Source of the DNA: a virus
Virus record (IMG/VR): IMGVR_UViG_3300008113_000071
Span: 1 to 64,000 of that record
Length of the DNA: 64,000 nucleotides
Reading direction: 5' to 3' (one strand)
Shown here: piece after piece, positions 1 through 9,001 of the stretch
How the letters are laid out: every line of letters begins with the position of its first letter
Position numbering within the stretch: position 1 is the first letter of the stretch
Translations under genes and position numbers: made by a program
Notes under the pieces: generated by a model
Database searches by the model: none
What the model was told of the DNA's origin: nothing
What the model saw: the letters and a program-made list of their open reading frames with translations, nothing else

Positions 1-156
1 GGCAATTAATATATTAGAATTAGCTGGCAGCTTTTCTAATGCATTGATTGTTGTATAGATTTTACCAAACCTAGGACATAGATTTAATATACCAAACTTT
101 CCATGGTTAAGCCATACTTTTGCAAATTCTTTTTGTCTTTTATCTCTTAAACTCAT
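1..156 (-). CDS. SF2 (DEAD/SNF2-like) helicase, N-terminal fragment running off the window
   Basis: Not in ORF track. Manual translation MSLRDKRQKEFAKVWLNHGKFGILNLCPRFGKIYTT shows a Q-motif-like RDKRQ and a Walker A-like PRFGK; lies next to DnaB in the replication module. Confidence 0.7.
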   Translation of the reverse strand, partial: MSLRDKRQKEFAKVWLNHGKFGILNLCPRFGKIYTTINALEKLPANSNILIA

Positions 157-398
157 ATAAATCTTACTAGTTTACCATCTTTGTCAAATAGCTTGTTAAT
201 ACCAAGCTTCTGTTCATAATGTTTGCATGCTGCTTCAAAAGCTGTGGGCATCATTCCTGACATTTGTATGTACATCATGAACTCATTAGGCTGTAACAAG
301 GGACCATGTTTCTTTTCATCAAACTTCTCTATATACATGTTGTATAATAGCTGTCCTTGATTGTGTTGTACATTATGAAAATACTGTTCCTTTGTCAT
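153..398 (-). CDS. hypothetical protein
   Basis: 81-aa ORF tightly coupled to its neighbours. Confidence 0.7.
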   Translation of the reverse strand: MTKEQYFHNVQHNQGQLLYNMYIEKFDEKKHGPLLQPNEFMMYIQMSGMMPTAFEAACKHYEQKLGINKLFDKDGKLVRFI

Positions 399-400
399 AG

Positions 401-1468
401 CTATTTATCTAAGAAAAACGTTTTGTTAACTACTCTATCATAATCATCATCAGTCATATCCTTTCTTCTTGGTAGCTCCTTGAACATACCAATCTGACCT
501 AGGAAACCAAGACCAATTCTAATATCATCCTCACCATAACTGTTTTTGATTAGTCTGAGACTTCTGAAATACTTAGCACCATACTCATCTTTTAACTTAT
601 CTAAGTTATAACCTGATGGGTCTGCCACTTTGTATCTAAGAGGATCAAATAAAGCCATAACAATATCAGCATCATTCTGTGTAGAACTTGATTCTGCAAA
701 GTCTTCTAGCTGTGGTTCTACATCACCATTCTTAATCCTCATAGGATTAGAAATAGATCTGTTGAACTGGCTAACCACCACTGGTGTATAACCATAGAAA
801 TCTCTTGCATATCTCAACTCATCTGACATCTTATCAATTGCTTCCTTTTTAGTAGGTTGATCCTTGGTTGTTTTCAATAAACCAATGTGATCAATCACTA
901 CAATAGTAACTTCATTCTCATGATTAGGAACATAGATCTTATTGAAATCATCAAGCTTCTCTATTGTACCATTCTCTAATGCATGGGCTTTCAGCTCTTT
1001 TGCAATACCTACAGGATTCTCAGGACCATCAATGATTGTAACACATTCATTTAGTTCTCCCATATAGTCTCTATATGTTAAGAACAAATCGTGCTCATCT
1101 TTAGTCATCTTTTCTTTCTGCCAGCCTAACATTTTACTAACAGGAATAATCATACCATAATCAAGGAATATTCTACGACTAACCCATTTGGCAAACTTAT
1201 ATGTTCTACTACGCTCCATAGAACGATAGATGATTTTAAGTTTTATATCTTGCCTATTCTGGACTGATCTATACCAATCAAAAGGATTAAGAACAAACGC
1301 ATCATCTATAAAGCTAGTCTTACCAGAACCAGTAAGACCACCTACAAGAAAGTACATGCTCTTTCTAATTCCTACATAACGATTCAATCTATCGAATCCC
1401 ATAGGTATACCATTGTTTCTATCTGATAGACCCAACTCCACTTCTTTTGCTAAATGTTCAAAACTCAT
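401..1468 (-). CDS. dnaB: DnaB-like (SF4) replicative helicase
   Basis: Walker A GGLTGSGKTS, SME, Walker B VVIDH, SQFNR, DAD, and KN near the C-terminus. Confidence 0.9.
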   Translation of the reverse strand: MSFEHLAKEVELGLSDRNNGIPMGFDRLNRYVGIRKSMYFLVGGLTGSGKTSFIDDAFVLNPFDWYRSVQNRQDIKLKIIYRSMERSRTYKFAKWVSRRIFLDYGMIIPVSKMLGWQKEKMTKDEHDLFLTYRDYMGELNECVTIIDGPENPVGIAKELKAHALENGTIEKLDDFNKIYVPNHENEVTIVVIDHIGLLKTTKDQPTKKEAIDKMSDELRYARDFYGYTPVVVSQFNRSISNPMRIKNGDVEPQLEDFAESSSTQNDADIVMALFDPLRYKVADPSGYNLDKLKDEYGAKYFRSLRLIKNSYGEDDIRIGLGFLGQIGMFKELPRRKDMTDDDYDRVVNKTFFLDK

Positions 1469-1479
1469 AATTTATTGGT

Positions 1480-1653
1480 TTAATATTCTTTTTCACTTTC
1501 ATCTCGCATACCATCTAGATAACCTTCATAGTTAGCTGCCTCTAGTTGTTCTCTTTCCATTTCTTTAGCTTGTTCTAAAATTTTAGGTAATTCTGATCCA
1601 GGTGTTATCCATACATTTTCAAATAACCACTCTACTGCTGTTTGTTGTTTCAT
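1480..1653 (-). CDS. small hypothetical protein (57 aa)
   Basis: Not in track. MKQQTAVEWL...LEQAKEMEREQ fills the gap and overlaps the upstream stop (ATGA). Confidence 0.7.
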   Translation of the reverse strand: MKQQTAVEWLFENVWITPGSELPKILEQAKEMEREQLEAANYEGYLDGMRDESEKEY

Positions 1654-1880
1654 AACTTTTCTATTTCTTGTTTAAGTTGTGCTAGTTCTTTCTGATGTTT
1701 GTAATTGTACACTCCTAATTTATTACAGTATTCTATAACTTTACTTAACGCTAGTAGTGCAAGCTTCTTACCATTTTCTTTCTCAATGGCTGGACTGAAT
1801 CTATCATCCTCACTATCAGTTCCATCAGCATAATATCTGAATTCAGTAACCCATTGTTCTGCTTCTTGTTTCTTTGTCAT
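1650..1880 (-). CDS. hypothetical protein
   Basis: 76-aa ORF with coupled start/stop. Confidence 0.65.
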   Translation of the reverse strand: MTKKQEAEQWVTEFRYYADGTDSEDDRFSPAIEKENGKKLALLALSKVIEYCNKLGVYNYKHQKELAQLKQEIEKL

Positions 1881-2503
1881 ATGTCTGTGCTCCCTGAGAC
1901 TGGTGTATCAATCTCTTGTTTATGTCCTTCTCTAATTAATTCTATGAATGGTTCGAATGTACGTTGATTTAGATAGGTGAGACTATTCTGCATAAAGCTC
2001 ATCTTATTCACACCAGTCTTGATTGAGTTGTTCACCTTTTGGTTAATCTCAAACTCTAATGCTTCAATTAGTTCTTTAATAGTATACTCTCCCTCATCTA
2101 ATATCTTATTCAACTTCGCCTTACATTCATCTTTCTTATTTCTTAAGCTTCTAGTGCCTGTGAAACTCTTTCCATTAATCTTAAATGTATCAGTTCCTGG
2201 ATAAGCTTTCCACCATAGTTCGAAATCATCAGATGTTTTCCTCTTCTTAACAAACTTAGTAGTCTCTTCTGCTGTTGTTAGAAACTCTAACACAGATTTG
2301 CCTGTTAATGTAAGTTTGTCTTCCACTGAAATAAGTCCTTTTCTATAAATGCCTTGGTAAAGAGCCTCCAATTTAGGAGATCCATTACAAAAGCTTTCAA
2401 GACATTCTTCTTCTTCAGCTAGTTTAAGCAAGAAAACCATATCTAATGAATAACCATTCTCTATGATTTGCTTAAAATGGGAGGTATGTAGGTTCAGATT
2501 CAT
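1877..2503 (-). CDS. replication initiator / replisome organizer-like protein
   Basis: FELWWKAYP...K...TYLNQRTFE pattern typical of phage initiator C-terminal domains; upstream of the helicase. Confidence 0.6.
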   Translation of the reverse strand: MNLNLHTSHFKQIIENGYSLDMVFLLKLAEEEECLESFCNGSPKLEALYQGIYRKGLISVEDKLTLTGKSVLEFLTTAEETTKFVKKRKTSDDFELWWKAYPGTDTFKINGKSFTGTRSLRNKKDECKAKLNKILDEGEYTIKELIEALEFEINQKVNNSIKTGVNKMSFMQNSLTYLNQRTFEPFIELIREGHKQEIDTPVSGSTDI

Positions 2504-2666
2504 CTTTTTTCTTTCTTTTGCGTTTATCTACTACCACTACTTGTGCAGGCTGTCTACCATATAGTTCTTCCTGCTCTGCTCTCTTTTGTTCTTCAAGCAA
2601 ATATACGAAATCTTTCTGCCATTCCCTTTCCCAATCTTCAGTTAATAGTTCTTTTGTGCGTCCCAT
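2472..2666 (-). CDS. hypothetical protein
   Basis: 64-aa ORF in the operon. Confidence 0.6.
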   Translation of the reverse strand: MGRTKELLTEDWEREWQKDFVYLLEEQKRAEQEELYGRQPAQVVVVDKRKRKKKDESEPTYLPF

Positions 2667-2683
2667 GATGTGTGTGTTTTAAG

Positions 2684-2950
2684 TTATTTTAATAGTTTTA
2701 TTAGTTCTTCTTTAGCAATTAAGCTTTGCATTCTTGTATCTGTGCCTATATGAAATTCAATGAGTTGATTAGGACCTATTGGTGCATATTCTTTCCAATC
2801 ATATACAAATGCCTCAAAGTCCTGCACTTGAAATGAGAAATCATAGTTTGATTTATCTTCTCCTGAGTTATTTTCCCACATTGGTTCACCTATTGCTTCA
2901 ATAAGCTTGTTAACTGTTGTTATTACTGTTTGTCCATGAAATGAGCTCAT
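2684..2950 (-). CDS. hypothetical protein
   Basis: 88-aa ORF containing YDWK. Confidence 0.65.
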   Translation of the reverse strand: MSSFHGQTVITTVNKLIEAIGEPMWENNSGEDKSNYDFSFQVQDFEAFVYDWKEYAPIGPNQLIEFHIGTDTRMQSLIAKEELIKLLK

Positions 2951-2970
2951 AATAATTAAATTTGTTAGTA

Positions 2971-3000
2971 AATAAAAAAGGGCTCCTTGTGAGAGCCCTG
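2971..3000 (-). terminator. intrinsic terminator
   Basis: Minus strand AGGGCTC-TCACAAG-GAGCCCT followed by a U-tract. Confidence 0.75.
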
Positions 3001-3022
3001 TTAATAATCAATTTGATTAGAA

Positions 3023-3271
3023 TTATAATACCTGTAATCCAAACTGCATCATGAACCATTCAAATGTGTCTTTTGCTTTGTTTGTATTACATTTAAAAAC
3101 CTTTTTAAGCAAGGGAATAGCATATGCTCTGAATTGTGCATATTGATCTGGTGTTAATGACCAACCCACAATCCATGTTTCATCCATAATAGCATCCATC
3201 TTAGTCTTTCCAATTAGATTCAATTGGTATTCTAATAGGTGTTCTCCTATATTTAAACGATTTATCTTCAT
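3023..3271 (-). CDS. hypothetical protein
   Basis: 82-aa ORF. Confidence 0.65.
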   Translation of the reverse strand: MKINRLNIGEHLLEYQLNLIGKTKMDAIMDETWIVGWSLTPDQYAQFRAYAIPLLKKVFKCNTNKAKDTFEWFMMQFGLQVL

Positions 3272-3471
3272 AGTGATTGCATAGCTTGCTTAATCTCGAA
3301 CCAATGTCTAAGCTCATCAGGATGTAGATCTGGTGTACTTAATCTTTGATCCAACATAGCCATAGCATATGTCTTAGCTGTGCTATATCTAGCACCATAA
3401 GTTTGGTTCATAAGATTATAGTAATCATCTATTATCTCTTTAGCTTGTTCTGCTGGTTCTGGTTTTTTCAT
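3268..3471 (-). CDS. hypothetical protein
   Basis: 67-aa ORF, coupled to neighbours. Confidence 0.6.
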   Translation of the reverse strand: MKKPEPAEQAKEIIDDYYNLMNQTYGARYSTAKTYAMAMLDQRLSTPDLHPDELRHWFEIKQAMQSL

Positions 3472-3472
3472 T

Positions 3473-3664
3473 TTATTTGTTTGATTTATGTTCTTTCCAA
3501 TCTAGATAGAATCCTGTAGCTACAAGTATATTCATTCCAAAGGATGCTATTATTTCTGTTAAATCATCATATACGTTTAATGATAAATGAACATGACCTA
3601 ACATCCAAAATGGAACAGTTAAATTATTAGCTATCCATCTTATTGCAAAGATGACGAATTTCAC
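3473..3664 (-). CDS. small membrane protein
   Basis: GTG start; two hydrophobic segments. Confidence 0.55.
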   Translation of the reverse strand: MKFVIFAIRWIANNLTVPFWMLGHVHLSLNVYDDLTEIIASFGMNILVATGFYLDWKEHKSNK

Positions 3665-3665
3665 A

Positions 3666-3827
3666 CTATAATTCTTCTATGATACCAAAGATCTCTGCAA
3701 AGATGAGTAAACATCCTGCAAATACTATTTGATCGTTAATTAATGTAATGCCAGCCATAACTCTTACAGCTGATTTGATTATACTTGCTACAAAGTGCAA
3801 ATTTGTTTTTGATTCTTTCTTTTGCAT
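3666..3827 (-). CDS. small membrane protein (53 aa)
   Basis: Not in track. MQKKESKTNLHFVASIIKSAVRVMAG...LLIFAEIFGIIEEL fills the gap after polB. Confidence 0.65.
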   Translation of the reverse strand: MQKKESKTNLHFVASIIKSAVRVMAGITLINDQIVFAGCLLIFAEIFGIIEEL

Positions 3828-3829
3828 AA

Positions 3830-5788
3830 TTAAAATAATGACATTTGGTTAGGAATAACTACAACCTTACGCTTCTTGCCTTCTAGTTGTATCTTACTCA
3901 CAATTCTATTTGCTTTCTCTATGTAATAATCATAATTGATATTACTCATATCATGATCCTTGGTAAGATGATTACACACTGTACACAGCCACTCACCAGC
4001 CTCAACTTGACTTACAGCTGCAGCATTTGTTTCACAATCCTCATTCTTTATCTTCAGGAGCTTCTCTCCTGTGTTTGATACATAATATCTTATGAGTTTG
4101 TTGTATACATTTTTCTGACCAGTGGTTTTGTTGTGCCCTTCGTAGTGGAAGTTTTTACTCGCTTTTTGACGAATGGCGAAATCAAAGATGTTATCATGAC
4201 CTTTGATAGTAATATCAACAGGAACCCCATGAACATAGTACTGCTCCAAAGCAATCGAAACAATGCGACCAGACTTATTCTTATGCAATTCAAAATCTGT
4301 AAGAAAGTCACCTTTTTTCTTAATCTCTCCATCTGTCTTAATAGCTAAGTAATCATTCACTGTGCTAAATATAATCTTAGCATAGTCTGTACGTTCTAAC
4401 TCATATTGTGTTAGATCCATCCACCACTTATTGATGTCATGCATTTTTTGCACATCATCTTTGTGGATCATAATTGTTACACCATCAGTGTTAGCTGAAA
4501 TAACATGTAATCCTTGCATTTCATAAGCCTCGATAAGCATCATTAAACTTAGCTCACCAGTAATAGTAGTGAACATAGTTAATTGTCTGTCATAGATCCA
4601 AGATTGCATATCACTAGACTTACCATAAACAGAGTTTACAGCAAGCTTTAGTGCTCCTACAATACCTTTAATCTTCTTATCGTTCTTAGCTAATGGTTTG
4701 AGCTCCAATCGTTTCTCAAACATATGAGTGTAACCACGAAGGAACTCTTTACCCAAATGTGCAGGGTATTTACCATTGTTAATGATAATAGCTGGATAAT
4801 AAGAGCTCACATCCCAATCAATTATGAGATGATCTTCATCAGCTTCAAATACCTTAGGCTTGTTCTCTGTATGCAGACCACCTTTCATGAATGAATACAC
4901 ATTATCATAGAAGTGTATCTCTTCTTTAAAGTCATCCTGAAGTCCAAGCTTAAGCTTTCTCACTCTGGTATAGAACTCTTGTAGCTCTGGTGTCTGGAAT
5001 GCTACATAATGAGCAATACAATCTTTAACAGGTACTTCCTTGCGAAAGGTTCCTTTCTTGATTATATCTGAAGGCTGTATGTTCTTCTCCTGACAGTAGA
5101 ACTTCTTAATCATCTCATCACCAATCTTACTATCAGAATAGTTTAAGCATGGTATGCCAAACTCTTCTAATATATCAAGTCTTAGATCGATTTGATTATT
5201 ACCCTTGTATAATGGATGTTCTGTATCACCTGTAGTAATCTTATAGAACTCGAAGGTAGCCATAACATCATTCCTACAATAATCCTTAGTGAGTTGTATC
5301 TCTTCAGGAGTCATGTTGGTTTTGGAATGATGTATAGGCATCTCTTCAATGTTCTCAAGATCCATCTCAAACTCTAGTCTCTTCAGACTAACCATACGAT
5401 TCTTATTATCATAGTGGTTGATCTTGAATATATCTATTTGTTTGAGGGTGAGCCATTCTTCTCTATACTCAGGAAATATGTCATAGTTAGCATCATGTAT
5501 CACATCAGCTGCTTTCTGTGCAATCTTAGCACACACTTCTAATGCTGATAGCTCATGCCAATGTTCATGGTTCCTGAGTATCCATTCTACCACTTGACTA
5601 TCAAAGCGTAAGTTGTTGTAACCCACCCAATAATAGTCCTTATAAATTTCAGCAAATCTAACGAAAGCATCTAACTGATTTCTATCTCTACTCACCTCAA
5701 ACTCCTGGTATTTCTTGTTCTCTGGATTGTAGATACCAATTAGGAATAACTCCTGCATGGTTTCTATATCGTAAATTAGTGCTTCCAT
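3830..5788 (-). CDS. polB: family B DNA polymerase with 3'-5' exonuclease
   Basis: Exo motifs YDIE, GYNNLRFD, YCRND; polymerase motifs DVSSYYP, KLAVNSVYGK, ANTDG. Confidence 0.93.
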   Translation of the reverse strand: MEALIYDIETMQELFLIGIYNPENKKYQEFEVSRDRNQLDAFVRFAEIYKDYYWVGYNNLRFDSQVVEWILRNHEHWHELSALEVCAKIAQKAADVIHDANYDIFPEYREEWLTLKQIDIFKINHYDNKNRMVSLKRLEFEMDLENIEEMPIHHSKTNMTPEEIQLTKDYCRNDVMATFEFYKITTGDTEHPLYKGNNQIDLRLDILEEFGIPCLNYSDSKIGDEMIKKFYCQEKNIQPSDIIKKGTFRKEVPVKDCIAHYVAFQTPELQEFYTRVRKLKLGLQDDFKEEIHFYDNVYSFMKGGLHTENKPKVFEADEDHLIIDWDVSSYYPAIIINNGKYPAHLGKEFLRGYTHMFEKRLELKPLAKNDKKIKGIVGALKLAVNSVYGKSSDMQSWIYDRQLTMFTTITGELSLMMLIEAYEMQGLHVISANTDGVTIMIHKDDVQKMHDINKWWMDLTQYELERTDYAKIIFSTVNDYLAIKTDGEIKKKGDFLTDFELHKNKSGRIVSIALEQYYVHGVPVDITIKGHDNIFDFAIRQKASKNFHYEGHNKTTGQKNVYNKLIRYYVSNTGEKLLKIKNEDCETNAAAVSQVEAGEWLCTVCNHLTKDHDMSNINYDYYIEKANRIVSKIQLEGKKRKVVVIPNQMSLF

Positions 5789-5800
5789 TGGTTTCTAGTT

Positions 5801-6241
5801 TTAAATAATTTGTTTAATCTTATTAATGTAGTTCTTGTCTTCTGCGTAATTCCTTCTTAGATATTTGAGATAGGCACTTTTTGTTGGTGCTCTGTGAATC
5901 ATTTTATCTTGCCATAGTTTGTAATCCTTTATTGATTGGATCCAATTTGTGTATTTAGCATGATTTCTACTCTCTCCAACAGCTGTGGTTTGTCTTCTAT
6001 AAGGAAGCTTCATACCAAACATGTTGTTGTTCTCTCTAAATATCTTAGAGGTAAAGTTGCCTGTTTCTATTTTTGCTTGAGCTAGTACAACATCTGGATA
6101 GGCTACTCCTATTTTTACTAGTTGTTTGTAAACGTTTAGCTCTGAGAATGAAATAACTTGTGTGATTATTTCATAATTGTTTTGATTAGTCTTTGATAAC
6201 ACAATCAGTGATAGAAACACTGTTAACAATAATCTTTTCAT
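5801..6241 (-). CDS. GH73 glucosaminidase-like peptidoglycan hydrolase with N-terminal signal/TM segment
   Basis: AQAKIETG, NNMFGMK, YAED-x-x-Y motifs; N-terminus MKRLLLTVFLSLIVLS. Confidence 0.85.
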   Translation of the reverse strand: MKRLLLTVFLSLIVLSKTNQNNYEIITQVISFSELNVYKQLVKIGVAYPDVVLAQAKIETGNFTSKIFRENNNMFGMKLPYRRQTTAVGESRNHAKYTNWIQSIKDYKLWQDKMIHRAPTKSAYLKYLRRNYAEDKNYINKIKQII

Positions 6242-6261
6242 TATTCTAGGTTAAGTGAACA

Positions 6262-6741
6262 CTAGAAGTTTGGGTTTGTTATCATTAAGTCGTAATTAGT
6301 AAAACCATCATATTGCCTATCATCTGCGTACACACGCTGAGCAATATCCTTAAATGATACGTCCCTCTCCTTCATACGTTCCATTCTTATCTGTATATCT
6401 ATGTTTAGATATATGACAAAAAGAGAACTTCTGAACTCCTCAGACATGGTGTTAATCACTTCAACATTAAGAATTACACAATCACACGCATCATACGCTT
6501 TTTTAGTGATTCCATAATAATGTCCATTGAACTGCTGATGAAGGAGCATTTCACCTGTTCTGATAGCTTCGATAAATATCTCTTCACTAACAAAATGGTA
6601 ATCCTTTCCCTCTATCTCACCTTCCCTAGGAGCTCTTGATGTGGTAGACACACCAAATTTCATACCTCTTTTAATCATTTGTTTTCTTAAATGATCTTTA
6701 CCAGAGGCAGCTTTTCCTACGATAGCTATTTTGGTTTTCAT
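6262..6741 (-). CDS. gmk: guanylate kinase-like nucleotide kinase
   Basis: P-loop GKAASGKD, TTSRAPREGEIEGKDYHFVS, HYYG. Confidence 0.88.
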   Translation of the reverse strand: MKTKIAIVGKAASGKDHLRKQMIKRGMKFGVSTTSRAPREGEIEGKDYHFVSEEIFIEAIRTGEMLLHQQFNGHYYGITKKAYDACDCVILNVEVINTMSEEFRSSLFVIYLNIDIQIRMERMKERDVSFKDIAQRVYADDRQYDGFTNYDLMITNPNF

Positions 6742-6746
6742 TGGTT

Positions 6747-6974
6747 TTACTTAATCTTAATAGCTAATGTACGATTAAAGAAACTAATTTCCAAATAAAT
6801 TTTATCATAACCACCTCTATATGCCTTATCGAAATAAAGTCTAATAGCAGGGATTATAAAAAAGTTGTTTGATTCTGTCAGCATTCTAAAGATTGCTGTT
6901 TTTCTTTTCTTGTAATAATTACTCGTTTTCTTCATAATAATCTTCATTTTGATCATGACCACAGCCATCATCAT
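6747..6974 (-). CDS. hypothetical protein (true start probably the internal MKKTSN)
   Basis: ORF fills the gap upstream of gmk. Confidence 0.5.
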   Translation of the reverse strand: MMMAVVMIKMKIIMKKTSNYYKKRKTAIFRMLTESNNFFIIPAIRLYFDKAYRGGYDKIYLEISFFNRTLAIKIK

Positions 6975-7152
6975 TCTTTTCTTTTACTTCATCCTTATCC
7001 CATTGTTCTAACATGTCACGAAATAATATCTCTCCATACACATGTTTAACATCATAATCAATCTCACCACCTAAATTATGCTCTTGAATGAGCTCCTTGA
7101 GCTGATCAACAGTCATCACACTGAGTGATTTCTTTTGTTGGTGCTGAGTCAT
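6919..7152 (-). CDS. hypothetical acidic protein
   Basis: 77-aa ORF. Confidence 0.6.
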   Translation of the reverse strand: MTQHQQKKSLSVMTVDQLKELIQEHNLGGEIDYDVKHVYGEILFRDMLEQWDKDEVKEKNDDGCGHDQNEDYYEENE

Positions 7153-7436
7153 TAGATGATCATTCCTATGATTGTACCTGTTAATATTCCACCAATAATA
7201 CCTAAGATTAATACTTTTTGATGAATACGTTCTTGCTCAAGTAGTTCATTTCTGTAACTCTCTTCAATGTCTTCACATACTACTGCCTGATCCTCATTGA
7301 TTTCCTTGATTTGTTTCTTTAACTTCTTACCATAAGCTGTCAATGCTTCAATTTTCTCCTTTTGAGCAGTGATGATTTGGTTAAGAGTGTCTTCTTTTGC
7401 AGATGCTAATACACCTATCTCTTTTTTCTTTGTCAT
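7152..7436 (-). CDS. coiled-coil protein with C-terminal TM helix
   Basis: Heptad-like N-terminal part; C-terminus VLILGIIGGILTGTIIGMII. Confidence 0.65.
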   Translation of the reverse strand: MTKKKEIGVLASAKEDTLNQIITAQKEKIEALTAYGKKLKKQIKEINEDQAVVCEDIEESYRNELLEQERIHQKVLILGIIGGILTGTIIGMII

Positions 7437-7458
7437 GATTTAATTAATTGTGTGTGTG

Positions 7459-7496
7459 AAAAAAATACACCAGAGACTTTTACATCCCTGGTGTAT
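7459..7496 (-). terminator. intrinsic terminator downstream of tmRNA
   Basis: ATACACCAG...CTGGTGTAT stem followed by a T-tract on the minus strand. Confidence 0.75.
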
Positions 7497-7534
7497 AACC
7501 TTTAAACTAATGAAAACAACTCCTTGACAAGTTG

Positions 7535-7892
7535 TTGTGGAGGTGAAGAGATTCGAACTCTTGTCCTGTTGCAGCAGTTAAATAACAATTTATTACAAGC
7601 TTAGATCTAAATGATCAGTGTGAGGGATAACCAGAGGTTATCGATTCCACCAGCTAGTTTATAGTTCTAGCAAACTCAACATTTGTAATGATTCTGTTCC
7701 TAGGTTCATTACAACCCAAATAGATTAAGCAGCTACTGCTAAATCTGCTCCTACGAAAGACATTGCATCTTCGAAAGAGAAAGTTGACTTATTGTCGTTT
7801 ATTGTTTGAATGTACATTTTATAGTGCTATACCATTCATTGCACTGCTTGTTGTTAATCACTTTTATTACCCAGTCAATTCCATACACCCCC
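7535..7892 (-). ncRNA. ssrA: tmRNA
   Basis: 5' GGGGGTGTATGGAATTGAC pairs with 3' CACCTCC-A (7-bp acceptor, G3.U, discriminator A). T-arm GAGTTCGAATCTC. Tag frame 7796->7725 after AATAAAC reads DNKSTFSFEDAMSFVGADLAVAA*. Length about 355 nt. Confidence 0.93.
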
Positions 7893-7896
7893 AATG

Positions 7897-8082
7897 TTAG
7901 ATTACTTCAAATTGATCTATATCAGGATCAATACATAAACCTTTCCCTTGTCTACGCTCCCACATTATATGCATTAAACCTACACCATCAATTCTCACAA
8001 CCTTTCCTGTAGTACCTGGTTTTACAGGATCATCATAGAACATTTTAATCAGCTTAATCTTCTTTCCTACTAAGTTTTCCAT
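7897..8082 (-). CDS. DUF4314-like small protein
   Basis: G-x-K-I-x-L-x-x-M..DP..PGTTGKV..ID..G..H..W pattern. Confidence 0.65.
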   Translation of the reverse strand: MENLVGKKIKLIKMFYDDPVKPGTTGKVVRIDGVGLMHIMWERRQGKGLCIDPDIDQFEVI

Positions 8083-8239
8083 CTTTTAATTGATCAATAG
8101 TTAATAGTAATAAGAATAGAACTAATATACCAAATACATTCACTTCAAGTATGTGTATACGTAAGAATATAATTCTATACATAAACACTAAGCAATATAT
8201 TATGGATGTAATTCTTACAAAGTTAATAAACATTTTCAT
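8054..8239 (-). CDS. small membrane protein
   Basis: Two hydrophobic segments. Confidence 0.5.
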   Translation of the reverse strand: MKMFINFVRITSIIYCLVFMYRIIFLRIHILEVNVFGILVLFLLLLTIDQLKDGKLSRKED

Positions 8240-8262
8240 AATTTTCTAATTTTTGGTGAATA

Positions 8263-8300
8263 ATTAAATAAATGGGCTAACCATTACAGCTAGCCCTTTA
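8263..8300 (-). terminator. probable intrinsic terminator
   Basis: Minus strand GGGCTAG-CTGTAATGG-TTAGCCC followed by ATTTATTT. Confidence 0.55.
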
Positions 8301-8313
8301 TTCTCACACATCA

Positions 8314-8853
8314 CTATTCTTTTGTTTCTTCTTCCCATCCACAATTATTGCAGATGATTTGGTCTGATGAATTATATACTACATCTGGTGAACCACATTC
8401 ATCACAAAAAATACCATAATCATCATAATCCTCAGGATCTGCATCAGTCCAATCAACAGTGATTATAACCTTGCCTTCTGCAAGTGTTGGTTCACCTGTT
8501 TCACCATCAACATCAATCAACACAAATCCTCCCTCATAGTTAATGATATAATTAAGATCATTTAGTGTTACATCTCTTAGCTCATCAGTATCTTCCCCTT
8601 CATCAAACCAACCAATTTCATCTGGTGTGGCTAGAATAGCTGGAATGCTACCATCCATATACTCTTCAACAATAAATGGCTTCACAGGATAACCATGAAA
8701 CGTTATAAATTTCTCTTCTTCCTCAGGAGAACGAAATACCTGATCTAACTCAAATATTTCCTTCTCCTCACTGAAAGTTCTAATAAACCACATGCCTTTC
8801 TTAAGACCATCTGGTACGTATGATTTAAATACGATTTGTGCTTGAAAATACAT
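8314..8853 (-). CDS. acidic protein with C-terminal Zn ribbon
   Basis: CDECG-x-CNNCG, a TFIIB-like ribbon pattern. Confidence 0.7.
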   Translation of the reverse strand: MYFQAQIVFKSYVPDGLKKGMWFIRTFSEEKEIFELDQVFRSPEEEEKFITFHGYPVKPFIVEEYMDGSIPAILATPDEIGWFDEGEDTDELRDVTLNDLNYIINYEGGFVLIDVDGETGEPTLAEGKVIITVDWTDADPEDYDDYGIFCDECGSPDVVYNSSDQIICNNCGWEEETKE

Positions 8854-8999
8854 TAATAACCTAAATAATCAAGAATCTTTGCATCTGCTTCCACAAATAC
8901 ATATCCACTTGCTATTGAGCATGTGAACATGATGTGAAACTTCTGTGCTAATTCTTTAAATAAATAAAATTCTGTTGCTGTGAGTGTGATTGTTTTCAT
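8853..8999 (-). CDS. small hypothetical protein (48 aa)
   Basis: Not in track. MKTITLTATEF...LDYLGY; TAATG coupling to the next gene. Confidence 0.65.
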   Translation of the reverse strand: MKTITLTATEFYLFKELAQKFHIMFTCSIASGYVFVEADAKILDYLGY

Positions 9000-9001
9000 G
9001 G

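Noticed and set aside
7497-7537. HDV-like (theta) ribozyme after the tmRNA
   Set aside because: Only a simple AACAACT/AGTTGTT hairpin is present; no nested pseudoknot is visible.
7806-8012. 68-aa plus-strand ORF
   Set aside because: Antisense to the tmRNA and the DUF4314-like gene.
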